Source of the DNA: Octopus bimaculoides
Taxonomy: Eukaryota
Assembly: GCF_001194135.2 (NCBI RefSeq)
Contig: NC_068983.1
Coordinates: 124,016,709-124,080,708 of the forward strand
DNA: 64,000 bases
Direction of reading: 5' to 3'
The notes below the pieces were generated by a model. That model saw only the letters and a program-made list of their open reading frames with translations, was not told the origin of the DNA and made no database searches. The position numbers and the translations under genes are program-made. Every line of letters starts with the position of its first letter. Positions within the stretch are counted from its first letter, which is position 1. Below are positions 62,898 through 64,000 of this stretch, piece by piece.

Positions 62898-64000
62898 AAA
62901 AAGCACTAAGAAAAGTTTTAAATGCAGCAAAAGGTACAGCTATATGCAGTTAACAATAATAATAAAGGACAACAATCTATCATCAAAATAGAGAAATTGT
63001 TCATGATCTGGACCAAAATTTAAACATAAAAATGTGTACCTAAAACCCTACTAATAATTTAAGCTAAGACAAAAAGCATTTTTGTGACTTTGAAGAAATG
63101 AACGAGACGGAGATGCAGATAATTTAATCACTTCAAAATAATAAATCATCTCTCTACATAATGTCTAAGTAATAGTGGAAGCAGCAAGCATGGGATGAAT
63201 TATCAGGAGAAAAGTATTGTATTGGCTGGCACTTAAGACGCACTACTATTTTACAAGTATATTTTGTGGAAAAAACAAATTTAATATGTTTCAACATACA
63301 CTTATTGGAAGATATTTTGAGGCAATTTTATAGGGAAAAATGTACAATTCTGCATGTGTAAATACATTGACAGGAAACTAGAATAAAGTATGAAACTATG
63401 ATAGTACCGTATTTCAACTTTATCTTCTTTCAAATCAACTATAGTTGTTAATAGTTTGGTCAAGAGAATTACCATACAGGATGTGAAAGTTGTATTTCTG
63501 ACAATGAATTGTTATGTAACCACCAATAGACACCAGGGTGGTTGCACCACAGCTATGATTTTGTTGTCATCCACTAACTGAAAATAACTGACAAGTAGAT
63601 GAAAACTGAACATTCTTTTCATCTTTCTAAGAAAATTTTTCCACTTAGATAAATTAAGAATGCTTCTTAAAGGTAATACAGACATTAAATAATGTAATCC
63701 ACATCTCACATGAGGGTTATGTATATTGAGGAAGAAGGTACAATGAGATAATGTGACTGACCCACATGACTGCCAACATACTACATGCAATTTTTTGTAA
63801 GTTTATGCTAACAGATTGTGATAATTTGACTTGCTTACAATATTTTATCATGAGTAACAATTATTGTGCTTGGCAGACTTATGCTCATCCAGCTCCCTAA
63901 ATTACGACACTCAGTCTTCCATCCATAATACAGATGCATTAGATGCAAGGCAATTTTTTGATACATTTAAAATTTTTTAAAAGTGCCTTTATATTCCATA

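Overview
AT-rich animal genomic DNA with five N-gaps, not prokaryotic. The SINE/LINE repertoire and intron composition suggest an octopod cephalopod (inference). The window lies inside one minus-strand gene, a KMT2C/KMT2D (MLL3/4, Trr/Lpt-family) histone H3K4 methyltransferase homolog. I traced 28 consecutive coding exons with consistent splice phases from 60902 down to 9011; the first exon(s) and the HMG/FYR/SET-encoding 3' part were not found in the window. The exons encode a roughly 1870-aa Glu/Gln-rich region from one 5.6-kb exon ending in an AT-hook, then the extended PHD and two PHD-finger clusters, a poly-Pro tract and the conserved ...FPSYLQ|EAFFGK segment. One intron needs a non-canonical GC donor and is mostly filled by a decayed maT-type (Tc1/mariner) transposon. 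The introns also hold tRNA-derived SINEs, RTE, CR1/L2-type, CRE-like and Penelope-like retroelement remnants, piggyBac-type MITEs, a probable solo LTR and simple repeats. The most unusual signal is a small family of 350-520 bp fold-back elements: head-to-head inverted dimers of a unit ending in a Penelope-type minimal hammerhead ribozyme motif, tRNA-headed in two copies, which were inserted as whole palindromes with 12-14 bp target-site duplications. Almost all short ORFs in the supplied track are spurious.
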